Source: an uncultured Deinococcaceae bacterium (GTDB lineage: Bacteria; Deinococcota; Deinococci; Deinococcales; Deinococcaceae). Taken from it: 64,000 nucleotides of DNA. The notes beneath the pieces were generated by a model that worked only from the letters and a program-made list of their open reading frames with translations, searched no databases and was not told the DNA's origin. The stretch spans positions 131,372-195,371 of the forward strand of contig CAXULY010000007.1 in the NCBI GenBank assembly GCA_964252075.1, written 5' to 3'. The position numbers were made by a program, and so were the translations under genes. Positions within the stretch are counted from its first letter, which is position 1. The number at the start of each line of letters is the position of its first letter. Positions 63,183 through 64,000 of this stretch are shown piece after piece.

Positions 63183-63847
63183 AGGTCGCGGTCGTTCAGT
63201 TTCCCGGCAGCAACTGCGACGCGGACGCCCTGCACGCCGCGCAGCTGACCCTGGACCCGCAGGCGCGCTTCGTGTGGCACACCGAGGAGAGCCTGGGCGG
63301 CGCGGACGTGGTGGTGCTGCCCGGCGGCTTCAGTTACGGCGACCACCTGCGTTCGGGCGCCATCGCGGCGCGCAGCCCCATCATGAACGCCGTGAAGGCG
63401 CACGCGGAGCGGGGCGGGTACGTGCTGGGCGTGTGCAACGGCTTCCAGGTGCTGACGGAGGCGGGCCTCCTGCCGGGCGCGCTGTCGCGCAACCGTGAGC
63501 TGCACTTCCACTGCGCGCCCGTGCACCTGCGCGTGGAGCGCGGCGGCACCGCCTTCACGAACACCTACGAGGCGGGCGAGGTGGTGGAGATCCCCATCGC
63601 GCACGGTGAGGGCAACTACTACGCCGACCCGGAGACCCTGGCGCGGCTGGAGGGCGAGGGGCAGGTGCTGTTCCGGTACGTGGACAACCCGAACGGCTCG
63701 CTGAACGACATCGCGGGCATCATGAACGACACGGGCAACGTGCTGGGCATGATGCCGCACCCGGAGCGCGCGGTGGAGGCCCTGCTGGGCAGCACCGGGG
63801 GCCTCGGGGTGTTCCAGAGCCTGGGGCGCGCGGCGGTGGCGAAATGA
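63179..63847 (+). CDS. purQ: phosphoribosylformylglycinamidine synthase subunit PurQ (glutaminase)
   Basis: GVCNGFQ catalytic Cys and HPE motif. TTGA overlap with purS. Confidence 0.9.
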   Translation: MKVAVVQFPGSNCDADALHAAQLTLDPQARFVWHTEESLGGADVVVLPGGFSYGDHLRSGAIAARSPIMNAVKAHAERGGYVLGVCNGFQVLTEAGLLPGALSRNRELHFHCAPVHLRVERGGTAFTNTYEAGEVVEIPIAHGEGNYYADPETLARLEGEGQVLFRYVDNPNGSLNDIAGIMNDTGNVLGMMPHPERAVEALLGSTGGLGVFQSLGRAAVAK

Positions 63848-64000
63848 CCCAGACCCAATCCCTGCGCGAGCGCGCGGGCACCTTCGGCCTGACGCTGAGC
63901 GAGTACGACCTGCTGGTGGAGCGCCTGGGCCGCGAACCGAACGCCCTGGAGGCCGCCATCGTGGGCGCCATGTGGTCGGAGCACTGCGGGTACAAGAACT
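63844..64000 (+). CDS. purL: phosphoribosylformylglycinamidine synthase subunit PurL (5' partial, runs off window)
   Basis: [24 protein letters not shown]...WSEHCGYK N-terminus. ATGA overlap with purQ. Confidence 0.85.
   Translation, partial: MTQTQSLRERAGTFGLTLSEYDLLVERLGREPNALEAAIVGAMWSEHCGYKN

Overview
The window is a high-GC (about 68-70%), gene-dense chromosomal segment. Its codon usage, gene content and promoter style point to a Deinococcus-like bacterium; that assignment is inference. About 75 protein-coding genes are packed into tight, often overlapping operons. No rRNA, tRNA or CRISPR array was seen. Most of the content is housekeeping: mfd, rpoD, proBA, rpe, rpiA, bcp, rnhB, bamA, a divIVA-yggS cluster, mutM, pdxH, tdk and purCSQL. 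It also holds a maf-mreC-mreD-mrdA cell-shape operon, two ABC importer/exporter operons, several regulators (TetR, PadR, LysR, a small XRE-family regulator), an ABC-F ATPase operon and a flotillin/NfeD pair. Features worth a second look: (1) a stand-alone SRA(YDG)-HNH fusion protein, a candidate modified-cytosine-dependent type IV restriction nuclease, next to a frameshifted MFS transporter; (2) an hrpB helicase gene broken by a 121-bp insertion flanked by 27-bp direct repeats; (3) a divergent pair of an uncharacterised 540-aa protein and a Hanks-type kinase with an N-terminal 3-TM anchor and a C-terminal NHL beta-propeller; (4) an LEA/apolipoprotein-like protein with 11-residue repeats; (5) two paralogous micro-membrane proteins heading an 8-gene translationally coupled deoC-maf-mreCD-mrdA operon; (6) a 750-bp low-GC non-coding island; (7) several operator-like perfect palindromes over promoters; and (8) pervasive leaderless-transcript architecture with a recurrent AGTCTAGAGC motif. 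All functional calls come from reading the translated ORFs for family motifs. No database search was run.
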